Shown here piece after piece: positions 7,792-17,405 of a stretch of DNA of 64,000 bases. The notes beneath the pieces are model-generated. The model made no database searches, was not told the DNA's origin, and saw only the letters and a program-made list of their open reading frames with translations. The stretch lies in the NCBI GenBank assembly GCA_018823045.1, contig JAHJIX010000020.1:20370-84369 (forward strand), in the 5' to 3' direction. Source of the stretch: Patescibacteria group bacterium (GTDB taxonomy: Bacteria > Patescibacteriota > Patescibacteriia > Magasanikbacterales > UBA922). The translations under genes were made by a program, and so were the position numbers. The first letter of the stretch is position 1; each line of letters begins with the position of its first letter.

Positions 7792-10722
7792 TCACAACAA
7801 CTTAAAATCACAGACATCTTTAAAATCACAATACCCACACATATGTTTGCTTGGTTTTGCATCAAACTTTCCCGCATGGATGTTATCGATAATCTTAATC
7901 AATTTTTCACGTAACTTTTCTATATCTTTTTCTTTCCCAATAAATGTTCGTTTAATTGCATCACGCAAGTAATAAAAAGACAATTGACTCACTGAACCTA
8001 AATGACGGTATGCAGGGAGTGTTTCTGCTGCCATTTGGTAAATAAGCAACTGATCCTTATCATTTCCTTTGATCGAATCTTTGGTTTTCCCAGTTTTATA
8101 ATCAATAATTTCAAGACTTCCATCTTCTAGTTGATCTACCCGATCGATATTTCCACGAATCGTATAATCCCCAACGCGCAAGGTAAATCCTTTTTCAAGT
8201 GCAATTGGGACATTCCATTTCCCCTCTTGAGATTGATAGAGCGTCTTAATCATATTTTTTCCAGCATCATGATACTCTGTACGCTCTCGCTCTGAGCGAT
8301 ACCAATCATCTATCCATTTATCTTCATACACCGCCATCACCTCATCTAAACTTGGGGCAAGAATTTCTCCCTCTGTTTTCTTTGGTGCAGGTGCGAGATC
8401 AAAGAGTGAGGTTTGTTGCACGCTATTACGCTCTTGTATTTGCTCATAGAGCCATTGAAGTGTCGAATGCATCGTAATCCCAAAACTAATATTTCCTGTG
8501 CCACGCATAGGAATTTTGACCATGTGCCCAAGTTTATATTTATATGGACAAGTCTCATAGGTACTAATTTGAGAATAAGAAAAACTTTTTGGTGGTGTAT
8601 AGGTTACGGGTACATTAAATACTGGTGCTTCTTTCTTTTTTGGTAAATTCCCGTCTGCGACCAATTCTTCTTTATTTGTCACGACAAAACCAATCTCTGT
8701 GAGAAATCGACTCAGTTTTTTTGCGCGTGCTCCACCATAGTCTTCTGCACTGGTAAAATAAAGACGCTCTTTTGCACGGGTCATCGCTACATAAAACAAA
8801 CGCCGTTCTTCTTGCAAGTGATAATCTCCATCTGGGAGTGACTCTTTAATAAATGGTGCTGGCATTGAAATCCCCTCTCCCCTTTTTCGAGCAGGAAAGC
8901 GATCTTGTACCATGTTCACTATAAACACAAAACGATATTCCAATCCTTTTGAGCCATGCACGGTCATAATATTAATAGAATCAGGCGTATCTTTTGGCTG
9001 AAATAACTTCCCTTGATCTCCCGCTTCAATTACTTGTGCATGATATACCAAAAATGACTGCACCGTTGCATCTTCATGTTGTTTTTCAAATGATTGAAGT
9101 AATTCAAAAAATTGTTTCAATTGAAAAATTTGACGAATAACTTCTCTATTCCCTTGCAGTTCTTCTCGCACTAAATATGGCAAATAACCAGATTTATCTA
9201 AAAAGGTATACAAAAGTTCTGATGGTTTTGCTTTTTTATATTGACGAATACCGCTATCAATAATACTTGCAATCTTTCGTACTTGGTCAGCCGTTTCTTT
9301 TGAAACATGAATTTCTCCAATTTGTTTGAGTGCTGCATAATATCCCATGCTTTTTCTTCGCGCATAGTACATAATTTGCTGCAACTCATGCGGATCAATA
9401 TCAATACATGGTAAATGAAGCAAACGATACAGCGCCGTTGAATCATAACGATCATCAATCAACTTAAAAAAGTTTAAACAATCAAGCACTATTGGCTGAC
9501 GATATAACCCTGCTGACGCAATAAACTCATACGGAAGGCCCGATTCTTCAAGTGCTGCTGCAAAAGGCTCCACATGGCTATTTGCACGCACAAGAATAGC
9601 TACATCATCTAGGGTCATCTCTGGATGAATCTTTTGAAGGTCTTTAATTTCTTGCACAACCGCTTCTGCTTCTGCTTGCAATGTTTGTTTATGCAAATGA
9701 ATAACATGTCCTTTTTCTGTACTTCCTTTTGCAATAAGTTCTTTATCTATCCCTAATTTTATTTCTAAACGATCTGGATTATTTTCTTGAATTGATTTAT
9801 ACGAAATATCTAAAATCTCCTGTGCGGAACGATAATTTTCTTTCAGCACAATCTCCTGCGCTTTTGGATAATCATCTTTAAAACGCATAATATTTGATAC
9901 ACTCGCCCCACGAAATGCATAAATACTTTGATCATCATCACCTACAACTGTAATATTTCCATGTTTTGCAGAAAGTAATTGCGTCAAACGATACTGTGAC
10001 CAATTAACATCTTGAAATTCATCAACCAAAATATATTTATACCGTTCTTGAAGCGCCTCAAGTATTTTTGGTCGTTCTTCTAACAATTTTACGGTATAAA
10101 AAATCAAATCCCCAAAATCTAGCGCATTATTATCTAAAAGTAATTGATTATATTTATGATATGCCCCTGCCAGTTCACTTAGACGTGCAATTTCATCACT
10201 ATCTATATCGCTCTGCCCTTCTAACCCTTCAACATAATCAAGATAGTCTTGCGTAGAAATAAGTTCATCTTTACATTTAGAAAAATGCTGCAACAAAGCA
10301 TGGATATGACTCGTGGGATTCCCCATTGGACGATAATACTTCAATGCAAAATCATATAAATGCTGTTTTACCAATAGCCATGCATCAATTTGGGTCATCA
10401 CACGAAAATCTCGTGGCAAACCAATATCAAGCCCATATTCACCTAAAATATGCTGACAAAAGGCATGAAAGGTTTCAATACGTAAATCAAGATAACCCTC
10501 AGTCACTAAAGAATCTACCCGCTCGGTAACTTCTGCAGCAGCTTTTTCATTAAATGTTAAAGCTAAAATATTCTCTGGTGCAATTCCCTTTTTTTCTATA
10601 AAATACGCTATTTTTTTTGTCACCACAGTTGTTTTCCCAGTTCCTGCTCCTGCCACAATCAACAGTGGACCTTCTACATGATCTACCGCTTCTTGCTGTG
10701 CTTTATTTAAAGATGTTCCCAT
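7792..10722 (-). CDS. UvrD/PcrA-family SF1 helicase fused to C-terminal PD-(D/E)xK (RecB/AddA-type) nuclease with Cys cluster
   Basis: Walker A 'AGAGTGKTTV' and helicase motifs 'VDEFQD' and 'VVGDDDQSIYAFRGA'. C-terminal 'IRGNIDRVDQLEDGSLEIIDYKTGK' nuclease motif. Terminal 'CGYCDFKDVCDF' cysteine cluster. Confidence 0.8.
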   Translation of the reverse strand: MGTSLNKAQQEAVDHVEGPLLIVAGAGTGKTTVVTKKIAYFIEKKGIAPENILALTFNEKAAAEVTERVDSLVTEGYLDLRIETFHAFCQHILGEYGLDIGLPRDFRVMTQIDAWLLVKQHLYDFALKYYRPMGNPTSHIHALLQHFSKCKDELISTQDYLDYVEGLEGQSDIDSDEIARLSELAGAYHKYNQLLLDNNALDFGDLIFYTVKLLEERPKILEALQERYKYILVDEFQDVNWSQYRLTQLLSAKHGNITVVGDDDQSIYAFRGASVSNIMRFKDDYPKAQEIVLKENYRSAQEILDISYKSIQENNPDRLEIKLGIDKELIAKGSTEKGHVIHLHKQTLQAEAEAVVQEIKDLQKIHPEMTLDDVAILVRANSHVEPFAAALEESGLPYEFIASAGLYRQPIVLDCLNFFKLIDDRYDSTALYRLLHLPCIDIDPHELQQIMYYARRKSMGYYAALKQIGEIHVSKETADQVRKIASIIDSGIRQYKKAKPSELLYTFLDKSGYLPYLVREELQGNREVIRQIFQLKQFFELLQSFEKQHEDATVQSFLVYHAQVIEAGDQGKLFQPKDTPDSINIMTVHGSKGLEYRFVFIVNMVQDRFPARKRGEGISMPAPFIKESLPDGDYHLQEERRLFYVAMTRAKERLYFTSAEDYGGARAKKLSRFLTEIGFVVTNKEELVADGNLPKKKEAPVFNVPVTYTPPKSFSYSQISTYETCPYKYKLGHMVKIPMRGTGNISFGITMHSTLQWLYEQIQERNSVQQTSLFDLAPAPKKTEGEILAPSLDEVMAVYEDKWIDDWYRSERERTEYHDAGKNMIKTLYQSQEGKWNVPIALEKGFTLRVGDYTIRGNIDRVDQLEDGSLEIIDYKTGKTKDSIKGNDKDQLLIYQMAAETLPAYRHLGSVSQLSFYYLRDAIKRTFIGKEKDIEKLREKLIKIIDNIHAGKFDAKPSKHMCGYCDFKDVCDFKLL

Positions 10723-10725
10723 AGA

Positions 10726-11142
10726 CTATAACATAAGTAATACGCCCCCAATCATTAAGAGGACTCCCGTGACTAATTTCCAAGTTAATACTTCATGTAA
10801 GAATAACACAGATAATAATAAAACAAAAACAACACTCAATCGGTCAAGCACTACGACTTTTGTTGCATCACCAGTTTTTAGTGCCGCAAAATAACAAATC
10901 CACGACAATGCTCCAGCAAGGCCTGCCAACACTAAAAATAACCATTCTTTTGATGTAATGTCACTAATACTTTGTAATTCTTGTTGTTTAATCGATAATA
11001 CCACAAACACAAGCACAACCGACATAATAATAGATCTAAGTGCCGTTGCCACAGTTGAATCTATATTACTGATTCCTAATTTTCCAAATATAGCCACAAG
11101 GGCAGCAAAAAATGCTGCTCCAAGTGCGTAGAGTATCCACAT
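10726..11142 (-). CDS. EamA-like (DMT superfamily) half-size transporter, 4 TM
   Basis: 138 aa with four TM helices. Its stop and the start of the upstream gene are 4 nt apart. Confidence 0.5.
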   Translation of the reverse strand: MWILYALGAAFFAALVAIFGKLGISNIDSTVATALRSIIMSVVLVFVVLSIKQQELQSISDITSKEWLFLVLAGLAGALSWICYFAALKTGDATKVVVLDRLSVVFVLLLSVLFLHEVLTWKLVTGVLLMIGGVLLML

Positions 11143-11145
11143 AGA

Positions 11146-11640
11146 TTATTCTAAAACAGTAGCTGTTTGATAATATACAGCTTCACCATCTTTTATTTCT
11201 TTTAACTTAAAATTGAAGCATTGTGTTCCTGCACCATGTTTTTCAATATGAAATACGGTAGGCTCTCCCCCACGATATGATGGTGGCGCATACAAATAAT
11301 TATTTCGATAATTTTCATCATCTTCAGCAACATACATAAATGTTGCACAAAGTGTATATGCCTTATCACCAGTTACCTGATACTCATATGCTTTCCCTGT
11401 TTGATTATCTGTCAAATCAGTTTTATCAATATATGACAATTCATCTAACACTTGTGGTAATGATTTATTTTCATCAACATAATTTTGTATTGTATATACA
11501 ATGTTTCTTAAATCATTTACTCTATCTTGATCAAAAGCAAAATCACGGGCTTTACTTGGACTCCCCGCTTGATAAAGACCTACTCCAACAATAAGAACAA
11601 CAAGAGCAATAATTGATCCAAATACGTATTTCATATTCAT
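11146..11640 (-). CDS. Secreted/anchored hypothetical protein (N-terminal signal-like helix)
   Basis: 'MNMKYVFGSIIALVVLIVGVGLYQAG' hydrophobic N-terminus. 164 aa. Confidence 0.4.
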   Translation of the reverse strand: MNMKYVFGSIIALVVLIVGVGLYQAGSPSKARDFAFDQDRVNDLRNIVYTIQNYVDENKSLPQVLDELSYIDKTDLTDNQTGKAYEYQVTGDKAYTLCATFMYVAEDDENYRNNYLYAPPSYRGGEPTVFHIEKHGAGTQCFNFKLKEIKDGEAVYYQTATVLE

Positions 11641-11651
11641 ACATCCAAAAT

Positions 11652-12176
11652 TTAAGATTTAAAGCGTTTTAAATCATAAAAGTAGTATCCAATAGTACTC
11701 CCAGCAACAAAAAGGACACTTAATACCTTCAATGCAAAACGAAGGGTCATTTCTCCATCTAAAAATGTGTTAAAAACACTGACGAGAGTAAATAAAATAG
11801 TCGCAACACCAACAAACATAGTAAAATAGACCAACCACTTTCTAATAGCCAAATCACGAGTTTCCTTTTCTTTTTTATAAATTGAATCAAGGGTAAATAA
11901 GGTCCCAATGTACACAGGAAACATCACAATGAGAAATGAAATTGCGCTTCGTAGTGCGCTTTTATGATATGCCCCATCATAAAAACTATTTAATGTATCT
12001 GGAATGTAAATATTAATTAACTGAAAGAGTACGGTAATTAATGCTCCTGCAGAGACATATAATGCCAAAATTGACAATAAGTGTAAAAAAAACAGCTTAG
12101 GATTGCTTCCTTTTGCTTTAGTTGCCATAAAGACGAGAATTATAATAAATAAAATGAATATAGGTATAATGAACAT
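11652..12176 (-). CDS. Integral membrane protein, unknown function
   Basis: 174 aa with about five hydrophobic helices. Confidence 0.4.
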   Translation of the reverse strand: MFIIPIFILFIIILVFMATKAKGSNPKLFFLHLLSILALYVSAGALITVLFQLINIYIPDTLNSFYDGAYHKSALRSAISFLIVMFPVYIGTLFTLDSIYKKEKETRDLAIRKWLVYFTMFVGVATILFTLVSVFNTFLDGEMTLRFALKVLSVLFVAGSTIGYYFYDLKRFKS

Positions 12177-12272
12177 ACGGGGGTATTATAGCATGGTGAT
12201 GGGTGCTTGGCTAGGTTATAAAAAACACAAAAGCAGCCATATGTAGACTGCCCGTGTGATAATAAAAACACA

Positions 12273-12641
12273 TCATTTTTCTGTACCACGTGCATAAGAA
12301 ATAACTTGCTTTAATATTTGCTTGAGTGAACCAACACCTTTTTCACTAAAATAAGGTGCCATATACTCTTCTTTCCATTTATTTTCATCTAAAGAATAAA
12401 AACAAGTATTAATCCAATAGGCACTTCGAATAATCAATACACCAAAGATATCATTATGAAAAAAATCAGAAATATCTCCATCTTTAGAAAATTGAAGTCT
12501 CGTCCCAATTCTCGTAAAATGTATTGAATTCGGAAATATTTTACAAAATTCTTCCCAAATTTCTTCATTTTCTTGATATATCCCTAAGGCTTCTTCTCTA
12601 TTTCGATAATATAAAAGCGCCTTAATGTATTTTATCATCAC
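12273..12641 (-). CDS. Hypothetical small cytoplasmic protein
   Basis: 122 aa ORF with no recognisable motif. Confidence 0.35.
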   Translation of the reverse strand: MMIKYIKALLYYRNREEALGIYQENEEIWEEFCKIFPNSIHFTRIGTRLQFSKDGDISDFFHNDIFGVLIIRSAYWINTCFYSLDENKWKEEYMAPYFSEKGVGSLKQILKQVISYARGTEK

Positions 12642-13022
12642 ACACTCTCCTTATGTTGTTGAAAGAACTATTATTAGTATGGCAGTGGGGTGTTATTGTG
12701 TCAAGGAGAGAAATACCTATCCACAACAAAATTTGACAAAAAAATCAAATAGACGTACGATTTAATTATAAATACCAAGAGAAATAGTACATATAGCTAT
12801 AACCTCAAGCGAGTCAGGGTTGGTGTGAGCCTGATAGGATATACTATATCGAACGCGTCTCTTAGATAGGTAGCAACCGAAGAAATGAATACATGTATTC
12901 AAAGTAGGTGTCGCCGGAAGATGTCCGTTATCATACATCACAGTTTATCCCAAGCAGGAGAACTGATCAAGGTTGTTTTTGCAAAAAAATAACAAAGAAG
13001 AATGGTACCACGAAGTCAATAA

Positions 13023-13078
13023 GACTCTCGTTTCTTCATCTCTATTATTGAGGTGAATTGAAACGAGAGTTTTTTTAT
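13023..13078 (+). terminator. Strong intrinsic terminator (11-bp stem GACTCTCGTTTC…GAAACGAGAGT + T7)
   Basis: Perfect 11-bp inverted repeat with a ~25-nt loop, followed by ttttttt. Closes a 350–400 nt plus-strand non-coding transcript candidate. Confidence 0.55.
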
Positions 13079-13161
13079 TAGACAAAACATATGCAAAACA
13101 ACATGACACAATATAACATGTACCGTAGATGCCTCTCTGTTGAGAGTGGTCTCTATTTATA

Positions 13162-13767
13162 TTGTGTATATATGAATGTAGTTCCTTCTCAATAGAGAGG
13201 AATACCCACAGCAAGGAGGACTACTTGCAAAGACGAATCATAGAAGCAGGGCACTACTATAGTGCCAAAGGCCCAACACAGTGGAGTGTCGTTGGATGGA
13301 ATATTTTACAAGAAATCATCACCCCTCACGACACGAGCGTATTGTTTATTGATGATGTTCATCCAATTTCAGATGTACATGCACAAGAACAATTACTCCA
13401 AACAATGCCATTTACTCCCTCTGCAGATATCACAATCTTAGAATCCGATATGATGGAATCTGCTCTCCAGAGCTTATATGCCTTACAACAACTTTCCAAA
13501 AGGAAAAAAGCACGGAGAAAAAACAAACAATGGTTTTGTTCGGGTTTCCCCATTACAAATCAACAAGAAACCCCACTTTGTGTGTTGCTTGATACAGCAT
13601 TAACACAAAAAAAACATAGTCTTGGCTATAGCTCTGGCATTAATATTCTGCCCTACTACTATGAACCAGGGCAACACGCTTTGCGTCGTCTTATTGCAAA
13701 ACTTATTCCAGAATTCCAATTAGAGATTATCTTATATGATCTCAACGGAAATTACCGGAACGTATAA
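13162..13767 (+). CDS. Hypothetical protein (start uncertain; possible TTG start at 13225 after AAGGAGGA)
   Basis: The frame opens with TTG at 13162. An in-frame TTG at 13225 is preceded by a strong SD 'aaggagga' (13213..13220). No family recognised. Confidence 0.4.
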   Translation: MCIYECSSFSIERNTHSKEDYLQRRIIEAGHYYSAKGPTQWSVVGWNILQEIITPHDTSVLFIDDVHPISDVHAQEQLLQTMPFTPSADITILESDMMESALQSLYALQQLSKRKKARRKNKQWFCSGFPITNQQETPLCVLLDTALTQKKHSLGYSSGINILPYYYEPGQHALRRLIAKLIPEFQLEIILYDLNGNYRNV

Positions 13768-13819
13768 CATCAGAGGAGATGATCCCCCTCATCTCCTCTT
13801 CTATTCACATATATATTCT

Positions 13820-14518
13820 ATGAAAAAATCAATCGGCATAATCGGTGGCATGGGTATTGTTGCCACTGCATATACATTCAATAAAATCATCCAGCATGCA
13901 CAAAACATATACCAAGCACAATATGATGAAGAATACCCAGAAATATTTATTCATTCCCTTGCATTTGTAGGCTTAGATGAAACAGGAATCACAGATAAAA
14001 CACAAGTAACCCAAACCCTCATCAAATCAGCACAAAAGTTAGAACAACAAGGAGCAAATTATATTATTATCCCGTGTAATAGTGTGCATGAATATTACCA
14101 AGATATACAATCACAAATTTCTATTCCAATTATCCATATTGTAAAAGCAATGAAAGAACAAATTATTGATGAAGGCATTTCTTGTGTTGGGCTTCTTTCT
14201 TCTGAAAGCACAAATACATCTGGATTTTATTCAAACATGCTCAAAAAACATAATATTCAAGTGCTATCCGTAAGTCAAAGAGAACAACGATTGCTGAATA
14301 ATATTATTCTCAATGTTATGGGAGGAAAACAAAGTATTACCGACCAATCTGTTATGAAAAAAATCATAAATAGGCTCTATAAAGCCGGAGCTGAGGCCAT
14401 TATCCTTGGATGTACAGAACTTCCTGTTGCGTGGAAAGATCTGTCATTTCATATTCCAATCTATAATTCTGCATCTGTCCTTGCAGAAGCAGCGGTATCT
14501 TTTGCATATAATGACTAA
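13820..14518 (+). CDS. Asp/Glu/hydantoin racemase family (aspartate racemase-like)
   Basis: 'MKKSIGIIGGMGIVATAY' (GGMG motif) and 'ILGCTELPV' (second catalytic Cys). Start moved to the internal ATG at 13820. Confidence 0.7.
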   Translation: MKKSIGIIGGMGIVATAYTFNKIIQHAQNIYQAQYDEEYPEIFIHSLAFVGLDETGITDKTQVTQTLIKSAQKLEQQGANYIIIPCNSVHEYYQDIQSQISIPIIHIVKAMKEQIIDEGISCVGLLSSESTNTSGFYSNMLKKHNIQVLSVSQREQRLLNNIILNVMGGKQSITDQSVMKKIINRLYKAGAEAIILGCTELPVAWKDLSFHIPIYNSASVLAEAAVSFAYND

Positions 14519-14521
14519 TAT

Positions 14522-15514
14522 ATGAAATATACAAAACAAACATACCCAATCCAACAACTCCCCACAGGAGAAATACTATCTATTCATGCATATACATTCA
14601 CAGGATCACAAAAAAGACCAAAAATCTATCTTCAAGCCAACTTACACGGACCTGAAATTTTTGGAACCACACTCCTTGAAAAATGTATTACTTACTTAGA
14701 ATCACAAGAAGATATCTCTGGTTCTGTAACAATAGTTCCAACAGCAAACCCAATTGCAGTACAGCACACAAGCTATAATGCTCTCACTGGAAGATACAAC
14801 CCAATGACAGGGACTGATTGGAATAGAATATTTAAAGTAAATTCAAAAAATATAGAGGAACTAGGTGAACAAAAATACTATACCAAACAAGCAAAAAAAC
14901 ATGGGCAAACTATTGAAGACAAATTAGCAAATACCCTCCGATCTATCAGCGCTGGTTCTAGTCATATTTTAGATATTCATACAGCAGGAAGTAATTCAGT
15001 CCCGCATGTATTCCCATATGCAAAAAATTGGGAGGTATTTTTACCCCTCCAAGCAGAAGCTTATCTTCTTTGGGATGAAAAAAATACCATGGGGACTTTT
15101 GATGACTCTCATATTACACACTGGCATGAACATAATCCAAATCCTCCAGCTACTTGCGCCTGGGAGGTATATCATCATGGGAAAAATGATCTTGCTGTCT
15201 GTGAACAAAGATGGAAACAACTAAAAACATGGCTTGAATCTGTATGGGAAGATCAAGAAAAAAAAGAAACTCAGCCTCTTGTTTACTCTATACAACAATT
15301 ACATAATCTCCCCGCCCCAATAGCCGGCTATTACACATGGCTCGTAAAACCAGGTACAACAGTTAAACAAGGAGAAATATATGCAAGCGTATACCAACCA
15401 TGGCATCACAAAACTATTAAGTTAACCCATGATAAAGATTTTTATCTTTTGGGTAACTATGGTATTGATGCAATGAAAGAAGGAGAATGGATTGCAATGA
15501 TTATAGAACTCTAA
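14522..15514 (+). CDS. Succinylglutamate desuccinylase/aspartoacylase (AstE/AspA) family zinc deacylase, putative
   Basis: 'YLQANLHGPEIFGT' resembles the HGxE zinc-binding motif of the AstE_AspA family. 330 aa. Confidence 0.5.
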   Translation: MKYTKQTYPIQQLPTGEILSIHAYTFTGSQKRPKIYLQANLHGPEIFGTTLLEKCITYLESQEDISGSVTIVPTANPIAVQHTSYNALTGRYNPMTGTDWNRIFKVNSKNIEELGEQKYYTKQAKKHGQTIEDKLANTLRSISAGSSHILDIHTAGSNSVPHVFPYAKNWEVFLPLQAEAYLLWDEKNTMGTFDDSHITHWHEHNPNPPATCAWEVYHHGKNDLAVCEQRWKQLKTWLESVWEDQEKKETQPLVYSIQQLHNLPAPIAGYYTWLVKPGTTVKQGEIYASVYQPWHHKTIKLTHDKDFYLLGNYGIDAMKEGEWIAMIIEL

Positions 15515-15532
15515 ATAATACAAATGACAACC

Positions 15533-17293
15533 CTACTCAATAAACCCACCTGCCTGCAGTTCCCAGAGCTTTCGATACAATCCATCTTTTTTACGCACTA
15601 ATTGTTTATGTGTCCCCTCTTCTTTAATTCTTCCAGCTTCAATCACAAGGGCACGATCCATTTTCATAATTGTCGATAAACGATGCGCAATGACAATGAC
15701 TGTTTTTCCTTTCATCAATTTATCTAGTGCATCTTGAATGAGTCGTTCTGATTCTGAATCAAGACTAGACGTTGCCTCATCTAAAATGAGGATTGGCGCA
15801 TCACGCAAAATAGCACGCGCAATGGCAATACGTTGCCGTTCTCCACCAGATAATTTTACACCGCGTTCTCCAACCAAAGTATCGTAGCCTTCTGAAAAGT
15901 CTTTGATAAATTCATGACAATGAGCTGCTTTTGCTGCCTCAACAACTTCTTCATCTGTTGCTTCTGGACGACCATAGCGAATATTCTCTATTAAACTACG
16001 ATGAAACAAAATAGGATCTTGAGGAACAAAAGAAATATGCTTCCATAAACTTTCTTGAGTCACTTTTTTAATATCTTGCCCATCTATAAGCACTTTTCCA
16101 CGGGTAACATCAAATTGACGCAAAATTAGCTTAATAATCGTTGACTTTCCTGCTCCAGATGGACCAACAAGCGCATAACTTTTTCCTGCATCAAATGTGT
16201 AGTCAAAGTTTTTCATGATCGATCGTGTTTTTCTGTAGCTAAAGCTAACATCTTTAAACTCAATCATCGATTTCTTTACAACAAGATCTTCTGCTTGTTT
16301 TACATCGACAATCTCTAATGGTGTTTCAAAAATCTCTGTCATTTCTTCAGCATCTGCCAAGCGTTCATACCAATTTCGAATCACACGACCAAAATCCCAA
16401 ATACGATTAAACAACATAATCACATAACTTTGGATCAATACAAAATCTCCAATAGTAAAGATTCCCTTTTCCCACAAAATGACAGCATAGTACATCATTC
16501 CTACCTCAAGCGCAATCATAAGTAAGGCTTGTATAGCAAAATTAACACTTGCTAAATGCCAAGTAAATATAGTAATCTTCCCCCATTTTCTTGTAATTTT
16601 TGCAAAAGCTTTATTTTCTGCATCATAGCCATTAAATAATTTTACATTGGTGTTATTTGTCAGCGTATCTGCATATTGTGCACTAATTTCTGAATCTGAT
16701 TTTGATCGCTGTGTATCGTATTTTAACTTATATTTACTAAAAACAATATTTGCAAATATAAAAAAGACTAACCAAAGAACAAGAAAACTTGTTAATACTA
16801 AATTTCTCTGTGCAAGAACCACAATAATAGTTCCTACCATAAATACATTAGTAGTCAAAGAAAAAATAAGTGTATCTTGCAAGGCTTCATATGCATGAGT
16901 AAACCTGGTTGCTTTTTTTACGAGTGATCCAATAAATTGATCTTGAAAAAAAGACACACTATGCTTATGAATATAGGCAAAACAGGTCTGAAAAATACTT
17001 TCTAACGTTCGTATTTGTGCATAAGACAATGCTACCTCAATAAATCGCCAAAGTAACCAAGCAGTTAAATACAAACCACCCATTTTCAAAAGTAAAGAAA
17101 ATAATGTTGCAGTGACCAGACTAGGGTCTGTTGCTTGATAAATCAAATCAAAAAAGTCCTTATACACTAATGGAACAATAGCCTGAACAACAGAAGTTGC
17201 AATCACACTCAAAAAAATGAGCATAAATAAAAACCAACGTTTTTTTGAATGTTGAAAGTAAATAGAGAGCGTTTTTTTTGTTAAATACTTCAT
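15533..17293 (-). CDS. ABC exporter, fused permease/ATPase (MsbA-like)
   Basis: Six-TM N-terminal domain. Walker A 'GPSGAGKST', signature 'LSGGERQRIAIARA', Walker B 'ILILDEATS'. Confidence 0.85.
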   Translation of the reverse strand: MKYLTKKTLSIYFQHSKKRWFLFMLIFLSVIATSVVQAIVPLVYKDFFDLIYQATDPSLVTATLFSLLLKMGGLYLTAWLLWRFIEVALSYAQIRTLESIFQTCFAYIHKHSVSFFQDQFIGSLVKKATRFTHAYEALQDTLIFSLTTNVFMVGTIIVVLAQRNLVLTSFLVLWLVFFIFANIVFSKYKLKYDTQRSKSDSEISAQYADTLTNNTNVKLFNGYDAENKAFAKITRKWGKITIFTWHLASVNFAIQALLMIALEVGMMYYAVILWEKGIFTIGDFVLIQSYVIMLFNRIWDFGRVIRNWYERLADAEEMTEIFETPLEIVDVKQAEDLVVKKSMIEFKDVSFSYRKTRSIMKNFDYTFDAGKSYALVGPSGAGKSTIIKLILRQFDVTRGKVLIDGQDIKKVTQESLWKHISFVPQDPILFHRSLIENIRYGRPEATDEEVVEAAKAAHCHEFIKDFSEGYDTLVGERGVKLSGGERQRIAIARAILRDAPILILDEATSSLDSESERLIQDALDKLMKGKTVIVIAHRLSTIMKMDRALVIEAGRIKEEGTHKQLVRKKDGLYRKLWELQAGGFIE

Positions 17294-17405
17294 GTTTGCA
17301 CGAACATAAGCATGGTAAATTCCATGCCTTCTATATAAGAAGACGCAGAAATGGTGAAAATGTTACACTTACTATAGAAAATCATTACTCAACACTATGG
17401 CTCCA

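Noticed and set aside
8346-8646. Short ORFs 8346..8558(-) and 8413..8646(+) and similar embedded ORFs (1054..1314, 1617..1835, 9198..9458, 10068..10256, 10326..10529, 18140..18493, 19428..19682, 19938..20123, 20206..20394, 21743..21973, 22042..22314, 22388..22693, 23399..23608, 25332..25520, 25902..26222, 27160..27570, 29606..30193, 33668..33965, 34089..34340, 35051..35287, 35563..35760, 38604..38852, 39123..39419, 40111..40439, 40536..40790, 42252..42573, 43164..43487, 45433..45645, 45751..46128, 46318..46713, 47079..47261, 48073..48387, 50128..50340, 52550..52900, 53759..53998, 54528..54938, 55641..55979, 56604..56856, 57726..57992, 58459..58962, 59590..59971, 60795..61402, 62562..62762, 63457..63768)
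   Set aside because: All lie inside, and out of frame or antisense to, long well-supported genes. Their translations are low complexity. These are typical shadow ORFs of AT-rich DNA.
12945-13214. Minus-strand 89-aa ORF in the long intergenic tract
   Set aside because: It runs straight through the strong plus-strand terminator hairpin and has no recognisable start context. More likely part of a non-coding region.
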